A stretch of 63,928 nucleotides of DNA, filler included, from Folioceros fuciformis (taxonomy: Eukaryota), in NCBI GenBank assembly GCA_049999805.1. It is 5 parts of 5 records of this genome, joined end to end, with 100 filler letters (N's around TTAATTAATTAA, not from the genome) between each part and the next. Parts side by side here need not be neighbours in the genome. Positions count along the whole stretch, not along the records: positions 38,777 to 59,437 come from JBNGIO010005835.1; positions 59,538 to 61,794 come from JBNGIO010005842.1; positions 61,895 to 63,928 come from JBNGIO010005866.1; 2 more parts are not named here. The stretch is one strand, 5' to 3'. The notes beneath the pieces are model-generated. The model made no database searches, was not told where the DNA came from, and saw nothing but the letters and a program-made list of their open reading frames with translations. The translations under genes and the position numbers were made by a program. Below, in pieces: positions 50,956-62,329 of the stretch (position 1 is the stretch's first letter; every line of letters begins with the position of its first letter).

Positions 50956-53900
50956 CTAGCTGCTATCCATATATCTTGTGTAGCCTTCCAGGCCCAAACC
51001 TGAAAGATGCTTGTAATGCTTATGCTTTACCAGGCCCTTAGTCAGCACATCTGCCACATTCTCATCTGTATGTACATATCCCACTTTAACAGCATCTCGT
51101 TCCACCACATCTCTAATGTAGTGGTGTTGGATTTCAATGTCTTTAGTGCGGGCGTGGAATCTGGGATTTGCTACTAGGGCTAGGACTGACATGTTGTCAC
51201 ACAATATTGAGGTAGGTCCTTCTTGTGCTTGATCCAGGTCATGTAGGAAGCTCCTCTCCCACTATGCTTCTTTAGATGCATCTGTCAGTGATTTATATTC
51301 CGCCTCTGTGGAAGACAGGGCTATGGAAGATTGTTTCTTACACGACCAATTGACTGCAGCAGAGGCGAGCAAAAAACAATAAGTGGATAAGCTCTTCCTC
51401 GAATCACTATCAGATGCCCAGTCGGCATCAGTGAAGCCTGTCAAGGTAAGCTTTTGTTTTCCGCTCCCTCTGTAGCAGAGCCCATAGCAATGAGTGCCTT
51501 TGAGATATCTGAAGATTCTCTTAACAGCTGACCAGTGCATTCTGCCAGGGTTTTCCAGGAACTGAGATACTGTGCTAACGGAATACTGAATATCTGGACG
51601 TGTCCAGTTAGCAACAAATATCAGGCTCCCAACAGCATGCCTATAAGGTACATGCTGCATATCGCGGGACTCTTCCTCAGACTGTGGGCAATGAAGACTA
51701 GTGAGTTTCATCCCTGTGGAGTAGGGTGTTGTAGCAGGCCTAGCCTCATCCAACTTAAATTTGCGCAAAATATCATTTATATATTTGTGCTGATGTATGA
51801 TGAGCAGGCCTTCGGATCTGACCCTAATAATCTGTACTCCTAGGCAATATTTCAGCTCCCCAATGTCTTTCATGTCAAACTTTGTGCTGAGCATGTGCTT
51901 TACCTCTGCTAACAAAGTCTGGCTGTTAGTTGCGAGGATCACATCATCCACATACAGGGCAAGCACGACAAAATCGGTTCCTCTGCTCAGCCTGTATACA
52001 TTGGAATCTGCTGTGCTCTGCACAAAAGAGATGCTAAGGAGGTAGACATGCATGGTAATATACCATACCCTCCTGCTCTGCTTAAGTCCATAAATGCACT
52101 TTAATAATTTTAGGACTTTCTTAGGGTTTTCTGGATCCTGATAGCCCTCTGGTTGGTACATGTACAGGTCCTCATCAAGATCCCCATACAAGAATGCAGT
52201 GCATACGTCCATTTGCTGGAGATCAAGATCAAGCTCTGCAGCGAGGGCCAACAGAACGCGAATGGACTGAGAACGGACAACAGGTGAAAAAGTTTCCTGA
52301 TAGTCCAGACCCTCCACTTGGGTAAAGCCCCTAGCCACAAGCCTGGCTTTGTATCGGGCAATTTCCCCTTTGGCATTCAGCTTCAATTTGAAAACCCATT
52401 TGCACGAGATGGCTTTACGCCCTGGTGGTAGGTCAACAAGTGTCCAAGTCTTGTTTATAAGAAGAGACTGATACTCCTCCTCCACTGCTGCCTGCCATTT
52501 GGAGCGATCAGGGCCATCAAGTGCTGCTTGGTAGGAAGAAGGTTCCTCTGCAGGAAGAATATCAACAGTGGCTCCGTATACAGCAGCAGCAGTGCGAAAA
52601 TCCATAGACGTGTAACGGGGCTCCTGCCATTGATCAGGAGGTGGCCTGTGACGTGTTGACCAACGAGGGGCAACAGGGGCAGGCTCACCAATTGGATCTG
52701 GATAGAAGCCAAGATCAGCCCGAAGATCTTCATCATCCATAGAACTGGGAACATCATCAACTGCAACAAGATCGGCAGGCCCATCAGTAGGATCCAGGTC
52801 AGTAATCTCCTCAGAAGCAGGGTCTTCAAGATCCGAGGGAGGATCGTAATGAAGGATGTCACCCTGGTCTACTGCAGGGGCAACTGGAGCATGTGCTTTA
52901 CCCCTGTTGCCCCTTGTCGGGGCAACCGAAGGATCGGGAGCTGCTGGCGCTGGAGGAACAACTGCTAGGGGTTGCGTGTCATTAGCCGGGAAGGTGACAG
53001 TATCCGGTGCCTCCTCACCAAAATCTCCCTCTGAAGATGAAGCCTGCTGGGGGTCGGTTGTAACAGGATTGATAGCCTCTAGGAAGGTAACACTCCATGC
53101 AAGGACAATGTCTGTCGTATCAGGGTCATACAGCTTATAGGCCTTCACATTTTCACTGTAGCCAATAAAGATCAGTCTACGAGCTCGATTCTCTAACTTC
53201 TTTCTCTTTTGTGCAGGGATATATGCAAAAGCCTTGGAGCCGAAAATACGCAAGTGAAGCAGACTGGGTTTTCTATGCCAGTATACTTCAAATGGTGTCT
53301 TCCCTTTAACAGAACTGGTCAGCACTCGATTCAAGATGTATGTGGCAGTGACCACTGCCTCTGCCCAGTATTCCTGAGGTAGACCTGCCTAGAGCAGCAT
53401 GCTCCTAGTCATCCCTAGCAAGGTCTGGTTTTTGCGCTCAGCTACACCATTCTGCTGTTGGGTATAAGGAACAATTAGCTGCCGCTGGATACCCTGCTCA
53501 GATAAGTACTCATCGAATTCATGGTTAACAAATTCAGTGCCATTATCGCTGCGAAGGATTTTCAGCGTACAACCGGACTGACGTTGTGCTGTGGGTAACC
53601 AGTCCTTAAAGTAACTAATGGTGTCACTTTTCAGGTGCATGGGGAAGGTCCAAGAGTACCGGCTAAAGTCATCTGTCAACGTCAGGTAATAGAGGACTCC
53701 TCCTAAGGAGGGTGTATGGATTTTTCCTGAAATATCTGCATGTACAAGCTCTAAAACTCGTGTGGCTCTATGTGCAATTTTCGGGAAAGGAAGCTCCTTC
53801 TGTTTTGCAAGAATACATGCCTCACATACGGGCAACTCTTTAAAACAGCTAGGTAAGGGTTCCCTATGACAGCCGAGGTTGGACATGTCAATCAGTTTTT

Positions 53901-56219
53901 TGCGGTTAGCATGCCCTAGGCGAGCATGCCACAAAGATGCAAGCTGACTAGCATTCATGTTGACCGTGTACGCTGCATGGCTTGTGGACGCAGGAGAACA
54001 CTTCTGCTCTAGCCTGTACAGGTCATGATCGAGGACACCTCTAAATGCGCAGATGTTAGGTGAAGATTTTCTATAGAAGCAACAGGCATCATCAACCATA
54101 CGCATCTCATACATGAAAGACAGAGAAAATGTGTTCAAGAGTTTTATGCCACACAGCACACTTGGTCATGATATTAGTGACCTGATAGGTTTTCTCAAGC
54201 TGATTCCAAATCTCAATGCCCTTGGTCAGGTACTCAACATCAGGAACAAGAAGGGTATCCAAGCCATTGATAATGACAGCAACAACAACTTCATTGTGGG
54301 CTGTCCACTTATCTATATCAACTTGGGCACCGGTTTGAGAGTTAGGCTCTGGAAAACTTCCACCCACAACACTCCAGACTCCCCTAGCTATCAGGAGAGC
54401 TTTCATGCGTACCTTCCACACATGGTACAGTTTCCCATTAAACCTATCCTTCTCTTTCAATTCTGATGTGAAAGAGGGACCTGTAGCCATGGTTTGTGTA
54501 CTTGTGACAGGTACTATTGGCAGAAAATTCCAGAAATTGGATATATTAGCAGCCTGCAGGTCCTCTTCCCCCTTCGACGAGGTAGAACTATGATCTGATG
54601 GATCTAAGACTGCACCTAGGCTGATGTCAGATGCACTATGTACACTGCCAGCTAAAGACTCGTCCAAGCTGAGGTCAGATGCACTATGTGCACTTTCGGT
54701 ATTGGACATGTGTAAACCAGCTAAGTCCCTTTCAAAACTATGGTTCAAGAGGAAAAATAGCGAGGTTAGTTATGCTTTGATGTAATTGTCCCTAGAAGAT
54801 GCTCATGTGATACTAACGATGCGTTTCCAGGGGGTTAGTTGGGGGAGACAACCTGAGAGGGGATGGATACATAGTGTATTCAATCCTACACAGGCTAGCT
54901 CCCTCATCCAACTTCCTGGCTGCGTGAAAAGGGTGTAAGTGTGAGAAGGGACACAACTTTTCAAAAAGTATCGTTTGAGTTCTTTACGTAGGGTTTCTAA
55001 TCGACTTTTCTTGGTTTTATGAACAGACATGTCAGTTGACGGACCAATCTCATGCAAAGAGACGCAACCAAGCCAAGGGTCAGCAACACAATTGTGACGC
55101 TTCAGATCAACGCCAAAAGCCACTGTTGATCCTGTACGCCGTTTCGCATCTCCAGCGCTCCCCGCCAGCGGAAGCAGGGTCACAGGAAGGAGTCTCCGCT
55201 CGCACGCAAGAACTCTGTGGAGAATCCTTGACTAAGATCCATCGCACGCATCATTCCAGCAATCTGTGAGATGTTTCTATCAATTCTGGAAATTTGTGTG
55301 TCGATGTAGACTTGCAGACGAGCAACACCGTCTCTCAAGATGTGCTGATTGAACAGGAGTTTTTCAAGGGAAGTCCCAACAGGAACCTCAACTGAAATTT
55401 GCTTTTCTGCAGCCAATTTCTCTACTTGTTTCTTGTATGAAGTAGATTTTTCTACAGCAATTGCGCCGTCTTCTGCAGATGTTTCTCCCTTCAGCCACCT
55501 AAGCGTCCTCTTGTAATTTGGATGATTGCATACTTCTCCAAGGGCTCGCAACTCCCAATCAACAATAGGACCAAATTCAGGGGTGTTAGGAGAAGAGGCT
55601 GAAAGTGTTGACTCCTCAGCACAATTGACCAGTGGTTGAGAACGAGGATCAGGCTGGTTCCTAGCAATGCACCGGGCCCGGTAGAGAGAATCTACTCCTG
55701 AGGTTCTCAACTGCTGTAGCCTAATCGCACGCGCTCTGGAACTTGCTGTGCCTGAGTTTCTAGCAACCCACTGTCGTAGCCGTACGTCGGGGTAGTTGGC
55801 CTCGTACAGATCCAAAACGCTAGCAGCAGGGACTCGACTTGAGTTTTGTAGCCTTCTCTATTGACGTCGATCTGCACGGGATCTACCCNNNNNNNNNNNN
55901 NNNNNNNNNNNNNNNNNNNNNNNNNNNNNNNNNNNNNNNNNNNNNNNNNNNNNNNNNNNNNNNNNNNNNNNNNNNNNNNNNNNNNNNNGGATCTACCCCG
56001 GCGAGGCATTATGTCTTGAGAAAAGTAGAGAGCATTTGGAGCTCTGATACCATGTAAAATATGCGGAGAGCAGTTTGGCTCGACAAAGCTTAATGTCAAA
56101 TAATGAAAAATGATTGCAAAATTGTATGTGTGTATTGTTCAAATACTAAACCCTAAAAACGGTTCACGTATGTTTAACCTAAAAAAACCTTTATACTTAA
56201 TGTTGGCTTTATTTCCAAT
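50956..56219 (-). mobile_element. Ty1/copia element (copia C): LTR 56053-~56219, PBS 56041-56052, accessory ORF, gag with internal deletion (knuckle and protease lost), integrase, RT, RNase H with TAG stops
   Basis: GCTCTGATACCA; KEKDRFNG; LWHARLGH..CEAC; RSDNGTEF; KARLVARG; LYVDD; DADWA; RTKDIEIQHHYIR. Confidence 0.92.
55180..56009 (-). CDS. Accessory ORF (~240 aa) between PBS and gag of copia C, with one TAG if the gap is closed
   Basis: GGATCTACCC occurs on both sides of the N gap; merging gives MPRRGRSRADRRQ*RRLQNSSRVPAASVLDLYEANYPD... in frame with the 211-aa ORF; C-terminal heptads. Confidence 0.6.
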
Positions 56220-57075
56220 AAGCAGCGGGTGGATTCGTCCCCCTCTCCTCAGCTACGGGCCACAATTAATCCTCACTCTTCTCCTCCTCACTCACTCACT
56301 CCTTCATCCACACTTTAGCTCCTCGTCTTCTCACGCGCTCTCTTCTCTCACACACTCTCTTCTTCAACACCTCGATTCAGAACACAGCAAATGGTTCAGG
56401 GAATAAGGGAAGAAATCTCTCCTTCCACTCCGCGCAGCTGGCGGATTCGTCCCCCTCACCACTCACTACGGACCACAGTCGACCGTTCAAGGAATAAGGG
56501 AAGGAGAAGCTCTCCCTCCACTCCAGCAGCTGGTGGATTCGTCCCCCTCACTTTCCACTGCATAACACATATGGCCGTTCAAGGAATAAGGGAAGGAGAT
56601 GCTCCTTCCACTCTGCGCAGCTTTTAGATTCGTCCCCCTCACTTTCAGCTGTGGAGCAAAAGTTCTCCACCACCCCTAGGAGCATCTCGCACTCACTGCC
56701 CACCCATGCATCTCTAATCCAGCCATGGACAGCGAAGGGGATCTCAATTGGGAGAAGTCTTCAACATTTGCTAATCATAGAGGCACCAACAGGCCCCTTT
56801 GTACAAAGTTTCCAAGAGCAGGAGCCACAACCGCTATAAAGTCTAGTTCTAAAAACAATCAACTTTAAAAAGTGTGCCCTTAATGGCAAGCGGCACCAGG
56901 TCAAGATAGCATCTAGCCAAATCTCATCTAAATCAACTTTAAAAAAGGTGCCCTTAATGGCAGGCATCTCTAGGTCAAGATAGCATCTTGCCAAATCTTA
57001 TCTAAATCAACTTTAAAAAAGGTGCCCTTAATGGCAGGCGACATCAGGTCAAGATAGCGACTTGCCAAATCTTAT
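56220..57075 (+). repeat. Dispersed repeat copy 2, ending in ~72-bp tandem units
   Basis: Matches 45923-46625; units aaatcaactttaaaaaaggtgcccttaatggcagg...ggtcaagatagcatc x3. Confidence 0.9.
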
Positions 57076-57329
57076 TTAAATACTATTTTAAGATGCAACC
57101 ACTCTTGGCCTACCTTAGCGCCACGCTTTCCTCCTATCCATTCTTTTGGCCCTCCTTCCCCTGCCACAAAATCTTCAGGCTCTCCTTTTATGCTGCTGAT
57201 TGGGCAAATCCTTCCATAAAATATCCACCTCACTCCCGCTGCTGGCTGACCTATCCTGGTTGTCCGTTCTCTGCCCACTAGGCATCCAAGGATGCTGGAG
57301 TGCCCCCTGTCACTCTGGCTGCAGTTATT

Positions 57330-58931
57330 TCTGTTCCGTTTATAGGTTCATGGCAGATTGAGCAACCCATGACACCGAGGGTAAAGATGTGTATATATAG
57401 ATATGTCAAAAAGGTTGAGGGAAACAAGCAATATGTCCTGGCTACATTAAAACGGTTACAACTACCAACTAACATTCATCTAGGGTTATGAACGGTGCCC
57501 TAGGTATATACAATGCTCTATAAGTATTAATTAAATAATCAACACCCCCTCTCATTGGATATACGGATATAACAATTAACCACCGGGTACAACAAGATAG
57601 ATGTTCGCCCAGGCACAGTCTTTCTCTCTCGCGTCGAATACACCAGCTCACGCAGCTCCGATTGACCTGTCAGCTTCTGACGATGCAAGCCTTGGCGGAT
57701 TCCAGTGCGCCTCTGAGAACGGACCACTGCCTTCACAGCGCCTCTCTGCAGCCGCCCCAGCAACAAGAGAAACACTAGGGATTCGAGCCATGAGGCACAA
57801 AATCTGCTCATGTCCTGCTGCAGATCTGCCGCCATGTCCGGTCCATCCTGATGGGGAACTTGCTTGGAGAGTGGCTGACAGAGGTGGAGCCAAATACTGG
57901 CAGAAACTGCTACGGGAAGCGAAGGCGAGGGAAGAGAAGCTGGCCAAGGAAGTCTCTGACCTAAGGAGAGCTGGTGCTTCGACCTCTAATTCTGCTCCTC
58001 GCTCCTTCAACTATGGGAAAACTAGAACTGAGAAGCTAACTGAAGGTCTTGACCAGATTGTGCTGCCAGAGGACTTCCAGGCTCGGGAGTACAAGCTTCC
58101 GACAGGGCATCTGTACCAGGGAAGAAGAGTAGTCACTGACGGTGACGGTGTTGACGACCCTGGAACGCCGGAGGTGTACATCTGCCCAACAACTAAAATC
58201 ATGATGTTTCGGCAGAATTGGTGGAGATGGGGAGGCCACGACGGGAACTTCATCTCCTTCTACGGTATGACAAAATTCGCAGCTTGTCTATGCTACTCCC
58301 ACTATTGTCGTGGTGTGACCTGCTGCAGTAAAGTTCTGACCAAATGATTCGATTATGACAACAGTATCCAGGGAGAGGATGGCTGAGGAGGCTGGTGTCA
58401 ACTGGACTGATGAAACAGACGAAGAGACCAGTGACGAAGGGCCAGACTTTGATCCCAATTTTGTTGGCCTGCAACAGGCAGACAGGAGAGGCAGATCTAA
58501 ATTCCTATCACCTTCCAGTTCTGAAGACAAGGGATCATCATAGGCTGGCACTAGTAGGTAGGACTTAGAAAGTAGCATAAGTTTCTGACCTTGATACCTA
58601 CTTATCAGCCTCACAGTAGTTTCCTCACTTACGGCTGGACTTGTCTGTGACGTGAAGTGGACTTAAGACTCCTAAAGACTCTTTGAATTGATGGTGCTTC
58701 AACCTAGGTAATGCTTTGGTAAGTATATCTGCCGCATTCTGCTCAGTTGGAATATACTCTAACCTCACCTGTTTGGTCTCAACTGCATGCCTCACAAAGT
58801 GGTGATGCACTTCTATGTGCTTAGTCCGGGCATGGTAAACTGGATTCCGAGCTAGAGCAAGGGCAGACTGGTTGTCACAATAGATAATTGTGGGACTCTA
58901 CTGCTCCTGACCCAAATCCGCTAGGAGTCGT
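57330..58931 (-). mobile_element. Ty1/copia 3' end (copia F): RNase H end, ~1.07-kb 3' region, PPT 57545-57553, 3' LTR starting at 57544 (far end approximate)
   Basis: CDNQSALALARNPVYHARTKHIEVHHHFVR..ADILTK; minus strand GAGAGGGGG followed by TGTTGA. Confidence 0.85.
57601..58347 (+). CDS. Antisense accessory ORF (248 aa), Cys/His-rich, inside the copia F 3' region
   Basis: True ATG, uninterrupted frame; CSC-x7-CPVH, charged helix, aromatic-rich segment, CLCYSHYC..CC. Confidence 0.65.
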   Translation: MFAQAQSFSLASNTPAHAAPIDLSASDDASLGGFQCASENGPLPSQRLSAAAPATRETLGIRAMRHKICSCPAADLPPCPVHPDGELAWRVADRGGAKYWQKLLREAKAREEKLAKEVSDLRRAGASTSNSAPRSFNYGKTRTEKLTEGLDQIVLPEDFQAREYKLPTGHLYQGRRVVTDGDGVDDPGTPEVYICPTTKIMMFRQNWWRWGGHDGNFISFYGMTKFAACLCYSHYCRGVTCCSKVLTK

Positions 58932-59437
58932 TGTGGAGGCAAAACCCCGGGCACTGATTGCCGACGGGTCCCACCTTTAGTGGCCACACTTATCCCACTG
59001 TCGTTGAGACATTGGGTTTCGTTCCCACGAAGGAGCGATGGGGTTCCTTGCTGCTGTGGATGGAGGGTCGGACTTGATGAACTCGATGATGGATTCGAGG
59101 GCTCCCCTCCAGCTCCGATCAGGCGTAGGACAGGCCTCGCTGTCCGGCGGTCAGCTGCACCTCTCTCGGTGCCCACAAACTCACTCCAGTCACTACAACG
59201 ACTCTAACCTCTCAGATCTGCGTCTTCCTTCACTCACTTCACTCACTCTCTCGCTCCAGCACCAACACCAGCAACTACTAGCAACCAGCAACGACACCCC
59301 TACCTTGTATACTTCCCTACGGACTCCTCCTACCCGGCAAGAGTCACTAGACTAACCCCAAACAAAAGGAAGAAGGGAACACACTCCCCTCTTGGGTATC
59401 TCCTCCCCACAACCTTACCAGACGCCATGAGACATGG
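58932..59437. mobile_element. Third Athila-like LTR end inserted in copia F RNase H
   Basis: Starts TGTGGAG exactly where the copia frame breaks; shares GG.CCACAC....CCC...TCG.TG with the LTR ends at 19595 and 43231. Confidence 0.65.
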
Positions 59438-59894
59438 NNNNNNNNNNNNNNNNNNNNNNNNNNNNNNNNNNNNNNNNNNNNTTAATTAATTAANNNNNNN
59501 NNNNNNNNNNNNNNNNNNNNNNNNNNNNNNNNNNNNNCAATCAATAAGGATGTTACTTGCTTGCCTCCCCGCAATTGTTATCACTGCTTGGTAGCTTCGT
59601 ATCATGCCCCACCTTCTTTCTTGTAATTCCTACTTGAACTTCTTGAACTTGAGGGTTTGTACTTCTACTTAACCAACTTCTAAATTCCTATTCTACCTTT
59701 GATTTGGCTAACTAACTTCCTACTCCACCTCTATTGTTTAAAAGATGGCTAGTTTGAGAACCCTACCTCCCCTTTGAGCTTGAGGGTTTGTTTCACCTAA
59801 CCAACTTCCTATTCATCTAATTCCTTAAAGGATGCCCAAATTGACAACCCTACCTCCCCACCCTCATACCTTCCTTCTACGTGCATTCTAATGC

Positions 59895-60075
59895 TCCCAA
59901 AAACTAGCCCTCTTAGAATACCTGATGTGCAAAACTAGGTCTTCCCTAAAACTAGCTCTCTTAAGATACCAGATGTGCAAAACTAGGTCCTCTTAGGATA
60001 CCAAACGTGCAAAACTAGGCCCTCTCAGGAAACCACACGTGCAAAACTAGGCCAACTTAGGAAACCACGTGCAAT
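59895..60075 (+). repeat. ~32-bp tandem repeat
   Basis: gtgcaaaactagg.cctcttaggatacca units. Confidence 0.75.
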
Positions 60076-60233
60076 GCCATCTAAGATGATTTGGGTTTGT
60101 TTGTTGACCCTTCTTTCCCTTTGTGGTGTGCATGTTACCCCGCTTCTCACCCTCCTATATCGCATAGTTTTGCCATTACCGGGTTGGGCAAGGTTGACAC
60201 ATAATACATTGTGGGTTTCAAACTAGACGTTTT

Positions 60234-60423
60234 TGATGAGCCCTGTGGAACCGCATTTTAATGAGCCTGTGGAATCGCATTTTGATGAGCCGGTGGAACC
60301 GCATTATGATGAGCCTGTGGAACCGCATTATGATGAGCATGTGAAACCGCATTTTGATGAGCCCATGGAACCCCATTCTGATGAGCATGTGCAACCACCA
60401 ACTGATGAGCTTGTGCAACCACC
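60234..60423 (+). repeat. 24-bp tandem repeat, about 8 copies
   Basis: gatgagcctgtggaaccgcattat units (DEPVEPHY if translated). Confidence 0.9.
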
Positions 60424-60827
60424 TTCTCTTAAGGTAGCCAACCTATTGAATGCGACTACTAAACCATATTCTGGTGACACAACTTGACCCACTTTGTGAT
60501 ACTGGTGAATCACTTGACAGTTTTGGAGGTTTGGTAGAGACGTCTTTGGGGTGTGGCCAAAGCTAGGGTGTGAACTTGTACGTGCGAAGAAATTATTGGA
60601 CATGACAGTTTTTAGTAGAGTGAGTTGCCCTAGGTTTCTCTGGACGTCACAAGATTGCGGTAAGATGGAGAAAATCAATGCAAGAAATCTTTATTACTAA
60701 TCATTAGAGACGGATGACAGTCATAATTGAGCGGACAAAACATCCTTCTCAGAAACGGATACACAACCCATGATTCTCGCTTTTGAAATCATGTGTAACC
60801 AAGGTGGTAATCACGCGGAGCTACAAG

Positions 60828-61145
60828 CTAGCAGTAATACACCTTCTTGTTGCACGCGCAGCCCCAACCAGTAATAGTCCCATTTCCAGAATCATTGTTA
60901 CAATCCATCAACTCCACCAACTCACATGGCTCGCAATCCTTGCATCGCTTGTCACACTTGGGAGGCATTGAAGTTGGAATCAAAAGATGATCGGACACTG
61001 GAGGATTGCAATTGTTAGGATGACACAAAATTTCATACTCCGCATAGGCAGTAGGCACGTTGCCCATGAGCACCGCAATGTAGATGCCCAGGAAGAAGAC
61101 GGCTAGACCCACGGAGGAGACAATGTTCACACTCGTGCGCGCCAT
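60828..61145 (-). CDS. EPF/EPFL-family secreted cysteine-rich peptide (105 aa), intronless
   Basis: Signal peptide from MARTSV; mature pattern S-x-P-P-x-C-x3-C-x2-C-x-P-C-(loop)-W-x-C-x-C-x2-K-x-Y; TATATA upstream near 61470. Confidence 0.85.
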   Translation of the reverse strand: MARTSVNIVSSVGLAVFFLGIYIAVLMGNVPTAYAEYEILCHPNNCNPPVSDHLLIPTSMPPKCDKRCKDCEPCELVELMDCNNDSGNGTITGWGCACNKKVYYC

Positions 61146-62329
61146 TGATTCTACAGTCAAAGAACAAAACACAATCACGTTAGACGTAACACAAGCGAAG
61201 ACATGAATCAAGATATAAAGCTTGAATACCATATCAAACCCTAAACCCAAACTACTTCATCAAAAAAACAAAAACACCACAATCAATACATGAGCAACAA
61301 GACAATCACCAGCATACAACAAAGACAAGACTTACAAGAGTAGCTACAAGACTTGCTCTCAAAGGCTTGAGAACAGAGCACAATCAACCAAGCACTTGAG
61401 AGAGGCTTGAGGAATGAGCTCAATGAACCAAGCACTTGAGACCTTGAGAAGTGAGCACAAGAGGCCAACATATATAGTCTCAACTACGGTGCTTTTACGA
61501 TGGGCTATACTTTTCAAGTCCACCTTCCATTATTTAATTGTAACACACAAATATATTTAAACTCATAGGTATTTTGAGAGATCTATTAGATTTACTATTC
61601 CATGATTGTTTCGACGTTTGAACTCCATTGTTTCTAAGCAAGATGGTCTTTTTAAACCTTAAGATTTATTTCATAAAAATATATTTAATGAATAGAAGAA
61701 GAAGAGATCCATGGAGGAAATCACATATTTATAAAAAACCTCAAGACTTTATAGAAAAAAAAGAGATGGAAGTTCCATCTACCCTGTGACAAGGNNNNNN
61801 NNNNNNNNNNNNNNNNNNNNNNNNNNNNNNNNNNNNNNTTAATTAATTAANNNNNNNNNNNNNNNNNNNNNNNNNNNNNNNNNNNNNNNNNNNNTGGAAC
61901 GGAAAAGTTTGGTAATCGGTCTAGGAAAGTCTAACTTGGTTTCTTTTGTTCATAACAGTTCAAAGGGAGGCATGTGGAAGGTAGGTTTTTGGGCATGTGC
62001 CCATGGTAGGTAGTGAGCGGTTGGTGAAGGTTTTTATGGATGTTTTTAGTTCTATTCTGGTAGGTTAAGATAAGAAGATACCTATGTAGTAGGATGTCTA
62101 CCTACATATGTAGAGAGAGTACCTACATATGTAGAGAGAGTACCTACATGGGGAAAATGGAAGATACCTACATAGGTAGGGAAGGTACTTATACAGTAGA
62201 CACCCCACCTACGGCAATGGGGTAGGCAGCCTACCTATGACAATGGGTGGGAATGGTGAGGGAGTCTACCTACGAGGGAGGGTTAGGGAACCTACCTACG
62301 AAGGGAGCAACGAAGAGTCAAGCTCGACT

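Noticed and set aside
60330-60350. TGATGAG...GAAAC in the 24-bp array as a minimal hammerhead
   Set aside because: Core C missing, present in one unit only, unit too short.
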